DNA of 64,000 bases from Bacilli bacterium (GTDB lineage: Bacteria; Bacillota_I; Bacilli_A; RFN20; CAG-826). Below the pieces are notes generated by a model. It did not search any database and had not been told where the DNA came from. It saw nothing but the letters and a program-made list of their open reading frames with translations. The position numbers were made by a program, and so were the translations under genes. This document shows, in pieces, positions 1 through 10,460 of this stretch; the stretch's first letter is position 1, and each line of letters starts with the position of its first letter. The DNA lies in NCBI GenBank assembly GCA_049419605.1, contig JBMSKF010000003.1, forward strand, positions 14,750 through 78,749. The letters are read 5' to 3'.

Positions 1-829
1 TCACAAATTGTAGAAATTGATCTTGTTGAATTCCTTGATATAAAGTTTGCTCTAATTGAAATGGCAAGTTCATGTTTGTCTGAATCATCGCGAGTTTCTT
101 CGAGAGAATACCGGATTGTTGGTGGGTAATCAGATTTTCTGCAGTTTTACCCTTTAATGTGGATGCGGCCTCTAGAACTTTTTCAAATGTTGAAAATTGT
201 TGCAGCAACTTGACAGCAGTTTTATCTCCAATACCAGGAATGCCAGGTAAGTTATCACTCGCATCGCCAACTAAACCCTTGTAATCCGGCACTTGCTCAG
301 GGGTGATGCCATATTCTTCGATAACTTTTTCGCGGGTCATTTTTACCATTTCACTGACACCTTTGCGAATCAAATGAACGGTGAGATGAGGTTGAACGAG
401 TTGTAAGAAATCACGATCAGAAGTGTAGATTTCAACTTCCATGCCTGCTTTAAGCCCCAACATTGCTGCAGTTCCGGCGACATCATCGCCCTCAAATCCA
501 GATTGTTCAAAGGTAAATAAATTTAAAGCATTTAATAATCCTCTAGCAATTGAGAATTGTGGGATTAAATCTTCAGGCACCGGTTTGCGATGGGCTTTGT
601 AGGATTCTAGTTCTTGATGACGAAAGGTTTTTTCCCCTGTATCAAATGCCACCAGAATATGGACATCCTGATCAACAGGAAAGAGAATCTTTTGTAACAT
701 ATTGGCGAAAACATACACAGCATTCGTTGGAATTCCAGAACTTGTCGTAAGGCTTACTCCACTATAACTAGAAGCAAAATACGCCCGAAAAAGTAGTGCA
801 TTCCCATCAATAATCTTTAAGACCTTCAT
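1..829 (-). CDS. 5'-3' exonuclease (FEN / DNA Pol I N-terminal domain); C-terminal part runs off the window
   Basis: Hand translation from ATG 829..827 stays open to position 2 (276 codons, no stops): MKVLKIIDGNALLFRAYFAS...YKGLVGDASDNLPGIPGIGDKTAVKLL (H3TH motif). Missing from the ORF track because no stop lies in the window. ATGA overlap with the dnaE stop. Confidence 0.85.
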   Translation of the reverse strand, partial: MKVLKIIDGNALLFRAYFASSYSGVSLTTSSGIPTNAVYVFANMLQKILFPVDQDVHILVAFDTGEKTFRHQELESYKAHRKPVPEDLIPQFSIARGLLNALNLFTFEQSGFEGDDVAGTAAMLGLKAGMEVEIYTSDRDFLQLVQPHLTVHLIRKGVSEMVKMTREKVIEEYGITPEQVPDYKGLVGDASDNLPGIPGIGDKTAVKLLQQFSTFEKVLEAASTLKGKTAENLITHQQSGILSKKLAMIQTNMNLPFQLEQTLYQGIQQDQFLQFV

Positions 830-3800
830 GATTTTACATTCCTAATTTGATCTACGATTAAACTATCTTGCTTTTCTTTGTCAACGGTTCCAACCACGAT
901 AATCATTTGACCACGAGCAAGCTGCAGACCAACCTTTTCATATAACTTGGGAAAAATTACTAAATCTAATTTGTCGGTTTCATCGTACATCGTGATAAAA
1001 GCCATGGTTTGACCTGCTTTAGTTTTCACGACTCGAATGGTACGAATTAAACCACCCGTCATCACAACTTGATTACTTTTCTTTGCCTCTTGTATGGTGA
1101 TAAGTGCTTGATTTTGTTTGTCTAATCGATAAGGGCCCATCACACTTTGTGATAGTATCATCCCGGTGACATCTAATTCCTTTTCTAAGTTATCAAATGC
1201 AGAATCTTGGGATTCAATATAAGCCATTTTCGGTAATGATGAAGTGGGTAGTAAACCGGTGGCTTCATCCATGAAAGTTGATTGAATCGCGGCATTCTTC
1301 ATCGCATTAGGAAGTGAGGTTCTTAATGTGGCGCGATTGATGCCAAACCCATCATAGGCCCCTGCATCAATCAAGGCTAGGTGCTGGTTGAGTGTAATGT
1401 TTAAAGGAAATAATCGAGTGACACAATCAAATAAATCTAAAAAGGGACCTTTCGATCTAACTTTTATTATGCCTTCTACCAAAGTAGGATGAATACCCTT
1501 TATCAAGGTGAGGGGAGCGATTAATCGCTGATCGACCATCATAAATTGAGTAGAAGGAGATTGAATGTTGGGGGGCGTTAAGGATATTTTTAACGTTCTC
1601 AATTCATCTAAATAATTAAGCAGTTTGGTGTCGGAAGTACCAGCAGATGCATTCAAAATCGCAGCATAAAAAGCATGGGGGTAGTAGGTTTTTAAATAAG
1701 CCATTTGATACGTTAGCGTCGCGTAGGCCACAGAATGAGATTTGTTAAATCCATAGTCGGCAAATTTAAGGATATGGTTATACACACTTAACGCGTGATC
1801 TGCTTTATAACCCTTCGCAACCGCACCATCGATGAATGCCTGCTTTAAACTCAACATGACTTCATTATCTTTTTTAGAAATTGCTCTTCTGAAATCATCC
1901 GCTTTTGCTAATGTAAATCCTGCCATCGTTTGAGCGATTTGCATGATTTGTTCTTGATAAATAATAATACCAAAGGTAGGATTCAGAATCGGTTTTAATT
2001 GTTGGTCTAAATATGTAATGGGTTCTAATCCTTGTTTTCTTCTAGCATAGCTTTCGATATTATCCATCGGTCCTGGTCGATATAAGGCAATTAAACTAAC
2101 CAAATCATTGAAGCGATCCACTTGAATCGTTTTCATCGCTCGTTTCATTCCATCTGATTCAAGCTGAAAAATACCCATGTTTAAGCCAGTTCTTAATAAA
2201 CTATAGACTTGGGGATCTTCAAGATTGATTTCATTTAATTTAACTTGAATACCTTGGCGATGTAAGATTGCAAGACACGATTCAATGATACTTAAATTCT
2301 TTAAACCTAAAATATCAATCTTTAAATAACCTTGAGCTTCCAAATGATTCATTTCATATTGGGTAACTGTCTTATCACTTTGTTGCAATAAAGGTAAGCT
2401 TTCAATTAACGGGGATTGATTTAAAATAATCCCGGCAGCGTGGATGCCTGGTTGGCGAATAAACCCTTCGATTTTATGGGCAAGCTTGACGATTTCAGCA
2501 CATTCAGAATCTTCATCAAATAATTTTTGAAAAGCGGGCAATTTTTTATAAGCAGACCGTAAATCAAGTTTGCCATCTCCCAATGCTTTGGAAAGTAATT
2601 CAATGGAGGTGGTGGAGAATTTATAAATTTTACCGACATCACGAATCGCTTGTTTTGCTTGAATAGTTTGATAAGTAACGATATGGCTTACCCTATCAGC
2701 ACCATATTTTTTGGTCAAATATTGAACAATTTTTTCGCGATCCTTATCGGCAAAATCGGTATCAATATCTGGCATCGTTTTTCTTGAAGGATTTAAAAAA
2801 CGTTCAAATAATAATTGGTGAGGAATTGGATCAATATCGGTAATCCCTAAAGCGTAGGCAACTAAACTTCCGGGTGCTGAACCCCGACCAGGGCCTACTG
2901 GAATGTTTTGTTGTTTTGCATACTGAATAAAATCTGCCACGATCAAAAAGTAATCTGCAAAACCAAGATTTTCAATCATTGTCAGTTCTTGATCAAGTCT
3001 TTCTAAATACACGACTTGGGTGAAGTCGATTGGCCGATTTTGTAACCCCTCAATCGCTTTCTCTCTTAATAATGTTTGAGAATCTTTTCCGGGTTCGAAG
3101 GATAATAATTGTCCTCGTTTAATAAAAAAATTAAATTTGCATGCATTGCTAATGTTAACGGTTTCTATAATTTCTTGCGATGTATATAAACTTTCAACTT
3201 CAGAAGCAAAGGGTAAATAATGACGGCCATTCTTTTCTTTAATTTGGAGAGTCTCACTCTTTTGAATGGCTTTTAACATATCCACAACAATTGCATCACT
3301 AGGTTTCCCATAAAGAATGTGGGGAAATGCAACGGTTGGATAGGTATATTGCTTAGCAAATTGGCGAAGGGATTGTAAGTTTTCTTGATTAGAGTCTGGA
3401 TAGGATTCAATCCCAACATAAACCTTTTTAAGACCTTTTAATGAAGTTTGCAAATATAAAGCAATATCAGAAAACGATGAGGAAAAGATGGGACTTTGAT
3501 CTGAAGAAATGACTGCAATCACATCATCACATCCGGAAGGAAATTGAAAGGTTTCAATTTGGTTGAGGTGGGCAGCTTGACTTAACTTAATGAGCAAACG
3601 ATACCCATCTTCATTTTTTGCAAAAAAAGTCACCAACATTTTGGAATAGGCAATATCTAAACCGATAATAGATTGGATTTGATTTTTTTTAGTTAAAGTT
3701 GCAAATTCCGGAACACCAAATAAAACTTGATAATCCGCTAGTCCAGCAATTGAATATTGTTTTTCTTTGAGTGAGGAAATAAGGCGGTCCATTGTGAAAC

Positions 3801-3849
3801 CACTGGATAAAAAGGAATAAGAACTCGTAAGGTGAAGTGGGATGAACAA
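826..3849 (-). CDS. dnaE: DNA polymerase III alpha subunit DnaE
   Basis: 1007 aa. PHP N-terminus MFIPLHLTSSYSFL, polymerase core and C-terminal OB fold. TTG start 6 nt after GAGGAG. Confidence 0.93.
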   Translation of the reverse strand: MFIPLHLTSSYSFLSSGFTMDRLISSLKEKQYSIAGLADYQVLFGVPEFATLTKKNQIQSIIGLDIAYSKMLVTFFAKNEDGYRLLIKLSQAAHLNQIETFQFPSGCDDVIAVISSDQSPIFSSSFSDIALYLQTSLKGLKKVYVGIESYPDSNQENLQSLRQFAKQYTYPTVAFPHILYGKPSDAIVVDMLKAIQKSETLQIKEKNGRHYLPFASEVESLYTSQEIIETVNISNACKFNFFIKRGQLLSFEPGKDSQTLLREKAIEGLQNRPIDFTQVVYLERLDQELTMIENLGFADYFLIVADFIQYAKQQNIPVGPGRGSAPGSLVAYALGITDIDPIPHQLLFERFLNPSRKTMPDIDTDFADKDREKIVQYLTKKYGADRVSHIVTYQTIQAKQAIRDVGKIYKFSTTSIELLSKALGDGKLDLRSAYKKLPAFQKLFDEDSECAEIVKLAHKIEGFIRQPGIHAAGIILNQSPLIESLPLLQQSDKTVTQYEMNHLEAQGYLKIDILGLKNLSIIESCLAILHRQGIQVKLNEINLEDPQVYSLLRTGLNMGIFQLESDGMKRAMKTIQVDRFNDLVSLIALYRPGPMDNIESYARRKQGLEPITYLDQQLKPILNPTFGIIIYQEQIMQIAQTMAGFTLAKADDFRRAISKKDNEVMLSLKQAFIDGAVAKGYKADHALSVYNHILKFADYGFNKSHSVAYATLTYQMAYLKTYYPHAFYAAILNASAGTSDTKLLNYLDELRTLKISLTPPNIQSPSTQFMMVDQRLIAPLTLIKGIHPTLVEGIIKVRSKGPFLDLFDCVTRLFPLNITLNQHLALIDAGAYDGFGINRATLRTSLPNAMKNAAIQSTFMDEATGLLPTSSLPKMAYIESQDSAFDNLEKELDVTGMILSQSVMGPYRLDKQNQALITIQEAKKSNQVVMTGGLIRTIRVVKTKAGQTMAFITMYDETDKLDLVIFPKLYEKVGLQLARGQMIIVVGTVDKEKQDSLIVDQIRNVKS

Positions 3850-3912
3850 GGGATTCTCCTCATTAGTAAAAGCATATCATAAACCGGACTTTACGTCATT
3901 GAAAAGATGCGA

Positions 3913-4896
3913 TTATTTCAATAAATTATCTAAATCGGCGATAAATTGTGGAAGTTGATCTAAACTCGATAATTTGCATCCACTAGCCTGGGCGTGTCCA
4001 CCACCTTGATACTTTTGTGCGATGTGATTAATTTGAACTTTTTTACTTCGAATGGAAACGCGCCATACGTTGTCTTTAATGTCTTCAGAAATGGAACACC
4101 AAATATGAATATCTTTGATGTTGCTAAACATATTCACGTTATCTTTACCTTGAGAAGCAAGCATCCCTAAATCATTTTGTTCTTTGTGAGATAACACATA
4201 ATAGGCAACACCATGTTTAGAAATTTGATAATGATTTAATAAATAGGCACTAATTTTTAAATCCTCAAGTGTTTTTTCATACATTTTTAAGTAAACATCA
4301 TCATGAGCATTAATGCCTGTCTCTAATAACTTTTTTGCAATTTCGAACGTTTGAGGTGTGGTTGATTTATACATAAAACGACCCGAATCACCCGCGATAC
4401 CAGAGTAAAAGAAAGTGGCTGTTTTTTTACTTAATTTATATTTTTTTCCATAAAAATCAATCATCTTCATCCATAATTCAGATGCTGCACAAGTTTCCGT
4501 TTCCACTAAGCAAATATCACCATAAGGATTCACATTAGGATGGTGATCCACTTTAATGATCATGCCTCCACGATCGAAACGCTTGTCATCAATGCGATCG
4601 ATATTCGCGGTGTCTACCACCAAGCAAAGTGTTTTTTTATCAAAAAACTTATCAGAAACTTTTTGCATCTTAGGATAAAGTCTTGGAGTGAAAGTAGGAT
4701 GATCTTCACCAACGACCTTCACTTGTTTAAGAGGGAAATTTTCTTTAATCCATGTGGCAACGCCCCATTGGGTACCAAGTGCATCAAAGTCAGGAATTAC
4801 ATGTCGAAAAACAACAATTTTTGGGTATTTTTTGATCGCGCTAAGAATGTCTTGGTAAAGTTTCGTATTATTGTTTTTATTGTTTAATAATTTCAT
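3913..4896 (-). CDS. nrnA: DHH/DHHA1 phosphoesterase (NrnA-type oligoribonuclease/pAp phosphatase)
   Basis: 327 aa with motifs PDFDALGT, VVDTAN, KVDHHPN and GGGHAQASG. Overlaps the ackA 3' end by 20 nt. Confidence 0.85.
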   Translation of the reverse strand: MKLLNNKNNNTKLYQDILSAIKKYPKIVVFRHVIPDFDALGTQWGVATWIKENFPLKQVKVVGEDHPTFTPRLYPKMQKVSDKFFDKKTLCLVVDTANIDRIDDKRFDRGGMIIKVDHHPNVNPYGDICLVETETCAASELWMKMIDFYGKKYKLSKKTATFFYSGIAGDSGRFMYKSTTPQTFEIAKKLLETGINAHDDVYLKMYEKTLEDLKISAYLLNHYQISKHGVAYYVLSHKEQNDLGMLASQGKDNVNMFSNIKDIHIWCSISEDIKDNVWRVSIRSKKVQINHIAQKYQGGGHAQASGCKLSSLDQLPQFIADLDNLLK

Positions 4897-6070
4897 AAGT
4901 ATCCTTTACAATCATGAGTTCTTCATTCGTTGGAATTACCATTCCCACCACTCGACTATTAGGTTTGGTGATGATTGCCACTTTGCCCCGAGTCGCCTTG
5001 TTAACGGTTTCGTCTTCAACGATTCCTAAAGCTTCTTTGATTTCCTCGAAAATCAAATGACGATAGAATCCAGAGTTTTCTCCAATTCCTGCAGAAAATA
5101 CCAGAACGTCAACGCCACCTAAACGTATGACATATTGCCCGATGAAATCTGCAATACGTCTCACAAACAATTGGTTCGTGAGTTGAACTTGGGCGTTACC
5201 TTCCAAATGGGCAGCTTCTAGATCCCGTGAATCAGAGGATAATTTAGACATTCCCAAAAAACCACTCTTTTTATTGAACATTTCATAGACTGCTTCATGG
5301 CTCAATCCAGTTTTGACCGCAGCAAAATGCAATACACTTGGATCAATATCACCGGTTCTTGTTCCCATCATAATTCCACCTAAAGGAGTTAATCCCATTG
5401 ATGTTGCGACTACTTTTCCATTTTTAATTGCAGTTAATGAAGCCCCAGAACCTAAATGCAGAGTAATAATTCTTGGATTTTTAATGGATGTCAGATTTTT
5501 ATAAACTTCCTGCATCAAAAATTTGTGAGACGTGCCGTGGAATCCATAACGTCTTAAATCATATTTTTCAAAGAGTTCATATGGGATTGGAAATAAATAA
5601 TCTTGAGCTTCCATAGTTTGATGAAAAGCAGTATCAAACACTGCAACATTTTTCACCTTTGGTAAGATAGCTTGAAAAGCTTCAATACCACTTAAATTAG
5701 GACCATTATGTAATGGTGCTAATGGGATATATTCTCTGATTTTCTCAATAACTTCAGGGGTAATGATAACGCTCTTAAAAAAGTATTTTCCACCTTGTAC
5801 AACACGGTGGCCAACCCCTTTTATTTCATCAAATGATGCAATCACTTTTTTTTCAATTAAGTACTTTAATAAAAGCGAGACACCCGATTGATGGTTTGCA
5901 ATTGGAGTATCTATACTAAATTTTTCTTGACCAATCGTTAATTGAAAGGTCCCTTTAACCTGACCAATACGATCCGCCATTCCTGAGCAAATCATAGTCT
6001 CAGAAGGCATATCATAAAGTTTAAACTTTAGGCTACTACTACCTGCATTAACGGCGATAAATTTATTCAT
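4877..6070 (-). CDS. ackA: acetate kinase
   Basis: 397 aa. MNKFIAVNAGSSSLKFKLY N-terminus and a full-length AckA-like sequence. Confidence 0.93.
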   Translation of the reverse strand: MNKFIAVNAGSSSLKFKLYDMPSETMICSGMADRIGQVKGTFQLTIGQEKFSIDTPIANHQSGVSLLLKYLIEKKVIASFDEIKGVGHRVVQGGKYFFKSVIITPEVIEKIREYIPLAPLHNGPNLSGIEAFQAILPKVKNVAVFDTAFHQTMEAQDYLFPIPYELFEKYDLRRYGFHGTSHKFLMQEVYKNLTSIKNPRIITLHLGSGASLTAIKNGKVVATSMGLTPLGGIMMGTRTGDIDPSVLHFAAVKTGLSHEAVYEMFNKKSGFLGMSKLSSDSRDLEAAHLEGNAQVQLTNQLFVRRIADFIGQYVIRLGGVDVLVFSAGIGENSGFYRHLIFEEIKEALGIVEDETVNKATRGKVAIITKPNSRVVGMVIPTNEELMIVKDTYEIIKQ

Positions 6071-6172
6071 GAATTCGTGATTCTTTCCTTTAGAATTATA
6101 ACGAAATTTCTCTCAACATGGAATGACAACTTTCCTACATTCAAAAAAAGGAAAAGCAGTATAATTATATTA

Positions 6173-8038
6173 ATGAAGACTAAAGAGATTATCGACCACT
6201 TTTTTAACTTCGGTTCCTTCGAAGCTTATCAATATTTTGGTGTGCATCCTGAAACCAGGATGATTAATCAAAAGAAAATAGATGGTTTTGTTTTTCGTTT
6301 ATATGCACCGAACGCTAGTGAGGTTTATGTAGTTGGTGAATTTAATCAATGGAATGAAAATAAAAACCCAATGCAAAAAATTCATGATTGGGGTATCTTT
6401 GAAGCTTTTTTAACGAACTGCAAAGTTGGTGATAAGTACAAATTCAAGTTTAAAAATGTCTATGGTATTCATGTACAAAAAGCTGATCCTTACGCTTTTG
6501 GTGCGGAGGTTAGACCACAAACTGCCAGCATTATCACCGATTACAACGGATATGAATGGCATGATGAACCTTATCTAAAACAAAGAACGCGTAATTTTGA
6601 TCGGCCAATGTCCATTTATGAAGTGCATTTTGGAAGTTGGAAAAAACCTGATAACAAAGAATTCTTTACATATGAGGAAATGGCACAAGAACTCATTCCT
6701 TATGTAAAAACACATGGTTTTACTCACATAGAAATTATGCCATTAACGCAACACCCTTTTGATGGTTCCTGGGGTTATCAAACAACTGGTTTTCATGCGG
6801 CAGATTCACGTTATGGACCTTTGAAAGGTTTGATGAAATTTGTCGATCTTTGTCACCAAGAAAATATTGGTGTTATTCTTGATTTTGTCATTGTCCATTT
6901 TGCAAGCGATGGATTTGGTCTACATGAATTTGATGGCAGTAAGTTGTATGAATATTTTGATCCAAAAAGAACTTATTCTCAATGGGGCTCTCCCCAATTT
7001 GATCTTGGAAAACCTGTTGTAAGAAGTTTGTTATTTAGTAGCATTAATTATTTTCTTACGATGTTTCATCTAGATGGCATTCGTATTGATGCAGTCAGCA
7101 ATATTGTGTATTGGGATGGAAATTCTCAACAAGGCGAAAACAGTTCTGGCATAGCATTTATCAAGGATTTAAACTATTTTATTCATCGTTATCATCCGAC
7201 GGTAATGACAATTGCTGAAGACTCAACAGCCTTCAGCGGGGTGACTCGAGCAGTTGAACATGGTGGATTAGGTTTTGATTATAAATGGGATATGGGTTGG
7301 ATGAATGACACCCTCAAATATTATGGTGTTGATTTTATTTATAAATATTACGATCATCATAAATTAACTTTTTCCATGCATTATTTTTATTCAGACAATT
7401 TTATGCTTCCTTTATCTCACGATGAAGTTGTCCATGGTAAAGGCACCATCATTAACAAAATGTGGGGCAACTATGATGAAAAGTTTGCGCTTTTGAGAAA
7501 TCTTTATACCTATCAATGGATGCATCCTGGCAAAAAACTGACCTTTATGGGTAATGAATTTGCTTCATTTGATGAATGGAATGAAAAAAAATCGTTGCCT
7601 TGGTTCTTTACTCAATTTCCCAAACATGATTCAATCCGTCAATTATTGAAGGATTTAAATGCTTTATATTATAAAGAAGAGGCTTTACATGTTGAAGAGC
7701 ATAATCCAGCGCATTTTCGCTGGTTAATGGTAGATAATCGCAATGACAATGTGTACGCTTTTGAAAGAAAAGTTAAAAATTCTTCATTCATCGTTGTTTT
7801 AAATATGAAAGGTAACTACTATAATAGTTATGATATTGGGGTCTTTGATTCAGGAACCTATCAAGAAGTCTTGAACACAGATCACGAAATCTATAGCGGA
7901 TGGTATCGCATCAATCCTGCTCCTTTGAAGACAAAACCTATTCAAGGACCAGAAGGGCGACCTTCCACATTAACGTTGACAATTGGTTCATTTGCCGCCA
8001 TCGTATTAAAAAAAATAAGCGATCCTATCGCCAAATAA
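6173..8038 (+). CDS. glgB: 1,4-alpha-glucan (glycogen) branching enzyme
   Basis: GH13 motifs DGIRIDAV, IAEDSTAF, LSHDEVVHGK. I moved the start to ATG 6173 (MKTKEIIDHFF...). The track's GTG 6077 would run into the divergent ackA promoter region. Confidence 0.9.
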   Translation: MKTKEIIDHFFNFGSFEAYQYFGVHPETRMINQKKIDGFVFRLYAPNASEVYVVGEFNQWNENKNPMQKIHDWGIFEAFLTNCKVGDKYKFKFKNVYGIHVQKADPYAFGAEVRPQTASIITDYNGYEWHDEPYLKQRTRNFDRPMSIYEVHFGSWKKPDNKEFFTYEEMAQELIPYVKTHGFTHIEIMPLTQHPFDGSWGYQTTGFHAADSRYGPLKGLMKFVDLCHQENIGVILDFVIVHFASDGFGLHEFDGSKLYEYFDPKRTYSQWGSPQFDLGKPVVRSLLFSSINYFLTMFHLDGIRIDAVSNIVYWDGNSQQGENSSGIAFIKDLNYFIHRYHPTVMTIAEDSTAFSGVTRAVEHGGLGFDYKWDMGWMNDTLKYYGVDFIYKYYDHHKLTFSMHYFYSDNFMLPLSHDEVVHGKGTIINKMWGNYDEKFALLRNLYTYQWMHPGKKLTFMGNEFASFDEWNEKKSLPWFFTQFPKHDSIRQLLKDLNALYYKEEALHVEEHNPAHFRWLMVDNRNDNVYAFERKVKNSSFIVVLNMKGNYYNSYDIGVFDSGTYQEVLNTDHEIYSGWYRINPAPLKTKPIQGPEGRPSTLTLTIGSFAAIVLKKISDPIAK

Positions 8039-8054
8039 AAGGAGTCTGACCACT

Positions 8055-10460
8055 ATGTTTAAGACAAAAGATCAATTTAAACAAATTTTTCTTGAGCGTT
8101 TAGAGTCGAAATTCGGACGTAATGTCCAAGATAGTCATATTACAGAAAGATATGAAATTATTGGCCATATGATCAGAGACTATGCCGGTGCCAATCTAAA
8201 AAATTTAAGAACAACTGATAACCAAAAACATCCTCGGCAATTAATATACTTCTCCATGGAATTTCTCATTGGGAAGTTAATGCTTAGCAATTTACAAAAT
8301 TTAGGTATCTATGACATTGTTGATGCTGGTTTAAAAGATCTAAATCTATCCTTACAAGAATTAATTGATATGGAAATGGATGCAGGTTTAGGTAATGGTG
8401 GCCTAGGCCGTTTAGCAGCTTGTTTTTTAGATTCAATCGCTTCACTCGGTTATGCTGGCCATGGTAACACGATTCGATATGATTATGGTTTTTTCAAACA
8501 AAAGATTGTGAATGGTAAGCAAAATGAGGTCCCCGATATTTGGTTAAAAAATGGCAACATTTGGGAAGTTAAAAACCTTAAGCATGCTGTTGATGTTAAA
8601 TTTTACGGCCATGCTGAAACGTATTTAAAACCAGAAGGTGGTTATGCCATTCGCACAGTCAATGCTTTGAATGTAAGAGCAGTCCCGTATGATATGGCCG
8701 TGGTCGGATATCGTAACAATGTTACAAACAATCTTCGATTATGGTCCGCTGAACCTACCGAAGAAAACATTCCTAGCAACCAAAATTTCAAAGAATACCT
8801 CCAGACCGTAAAAGAAATCACTCATGGTTTATATCCGGATGATTCAACGGAACAAGGAAAGATTCTGCGTTTAAGACAACATTACTTTCTAGTTTCTGCA
8901 GGATTACAATCGGTCATTGCTTCCCATTATCGTCGTTTCAAACGTGTGGATAATGTTGCAGATTATTTTGTATTCCAACTCAATGACACTCATCCCATTT
9001 TAGCGATCCCTGAATTCATGCGCATTATGATGGATGATTATGGCCAACCGTGGGATGCAGCGTGGAAACAATTAACCCATTGTATGGCGTATACAAATCA
9101 TACTGTCATGGCTGAAGCCTTAGAAAAATGGCCAGTTCATTACATGCAACCTTTACTCCCAAGAATCTTTATGATCATCGAAGAAATTCATCGTAGAAGT
9201 CAATTAGAATTTTCACAAAAACATCTTTCAGAAGACGCGAGACGAAATATGGCCATCATCAAAGATGGCATGGTTTATATGGCTAATCTTGCGATTTACT
9301 CGACCTTCTCTACGAATGGGGTGGCGGCATTACATACCGATATTTTAAAAGCCGATACTTTCAAGGACTATTTTCAACTTTACCCTGAAAGGTTTAATAA
9401 CAAGACGAATGGTATTACTCACCGTCGATGGATGATGTACAGTAATCCTTCCTTAGCATCAGCAATTACTAAACGTATTGGTGAAAGCTGGAAAACGCAA
9501 CCTCAACATTTAGAAAAATTATTAGCCTATCAAGATGATGTTAGTTTACAAACTGAATTAGCCAATATTAAGCTAGAAAATAAAAAGAAACTTGCTGTAT
9601 TTTTAAAGTCTCATCAACAAGTCGACTTAAATGTTGAAACTATTTTTGATGTACAAATTAAGAGACTTCATGCTTATAAGCGTCAACTCATGAATATTTT
9701 TCATATCATGTATCTCTATCAAAAAATGAAACAAGATCGAGGTTACCGCATCCCTCCTCGTACCTTTTTGTTTGGTGCTAAGGCGGCTCCTAGCTATTTC
9801 TACGCTAAAAAAATCATTGAGTTAATTCATGCAGTTGCAAAAGTCGTCAATCAAGATCCTGAAATTAACCCCTATTTAAGAGTGGTTTTTGTGGAAAATT
9901 ATGGCGTATCCATTTCGGAAAAAATGATTCCAGCATCCGATATTTCCGAACAAATTTCCACTGCAGGTAAAGAAGCTTCTGGAACCGGCAATATGAAATT
10001 TATGATGAATGGTGCAATTACATTAGGAACCTTAGATGGAGCGAATGTAGAAATTGCAGATTTAGTTGGCTCAGAAAACTGCGTTATCTTCGGTATGAAG
10101 GTTGATCAAGTGAATGCCCTTTACCAAAACCGAACTTATCGGGCATGGGATATGTATACCCAATTTCCACACCTCAAAGCAATCATCGATTCTTTAATTG
10201 ATGGTACTTGGTCAGAAGGTAATTTAGAAACATTCCGACCCATCTTTGATGAAATCATGCATCGCAATGATGAATACTTTGTCTTAAAAGACTTTGATGC
10301 ATATGCCGCTGCACAAGAAAAAATTGCCAACCTTTATCTACAAAGCAAAACCTGGCAAAAAATGGCGATTGTTAATATTGCTAAATCTGGTTTCTTTTCC
10401 ACCGATCGAACAATTCAACAATATGTCGATGATATTTGGAGATTAAAAAAAATTATATGA
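8055..10460 (+). CDS. glgP: glycogen/maltodextrin phosphorylase
   Basis: 801 aa. PLP-site motif EASGTGNMKFMMNGA. SD AAGGAG upstream. Confidence 0.93.
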   Translation: MFKTKDQFKQIFLERLESKFGRNVQDSHITERYEIIGHMIRDYAGANLKNLRTTDNQKHPRQLIYFSMEFLIGKLMLSNLQNLGIYDIVDAGLKDLNLSLQELIDMEMDAGLGNGGLGRLAACFLDSIASLGYAGHGNTIRYDYGFFKQKIVNGKQNEVPDIWLKNGNIWEVKNLKHAVDVKFYGHAETYLKPEGGYAIRTVNALNVRAVPYDMAVVGYRNNVTNNLRLWSAEPTEENIPSNQNFKEYLQTVKEITHGLYPDDSTEQGKILRLRQHYFLVSAGLQSVIASHYRRFKRVDNVADYFVFQLNDTHPILAIPEFMRIMMDDYGQPWDAAWKQLTHCMAYTNHTVMAEALEKWPVHYMQPLLPRIFMIIEEIHRRSQLEFSQKHLSEDARRNMAIIKDGMVYMANLAIYSTFSTNGVAALHTDILKADTFKDYFQLYPERFNNKTNGITHRRWMMYSNPSLASAITKRIGESWKTQPQHLEKLLAYQDDVSLQTELANIKLENKKKLAVFLKSHQQVDLNVETIFDVQIKRLHAYKRQLMNIFHIMYLYQKMKQDRGYRIPPRTFLFGAKAAPSYFYAKKIIELIHAVAKVVNQDPEINPYLRVVFVENYGVSISEKMIPASDISEQISTAGKEASGTGNMKFMMNGAITLGTLDGANVEIADLVGSENCVIFGMKVDQVNALYQNRTYRAWDMYTQFPHLKAIIDSLIDGTWSEGNLETFRPIFDEIMHRNDEYFVLKDFDAYAAAQEKIANLYLQSKTWQKMAIVNIAKSGFFSTDRTIQQYVDDIWRLKKII

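Noticed and set aside
6071-6172. Divergent ackA/glgB junction (minus-to-plus strand switch) as a candidate origin
   Set aside because: I found no DnaA boxes, no AT-rich unwinding repeats beyond normal promoter sequence, and no replication-initiation genes. It is an ordinary divergent promoter region.
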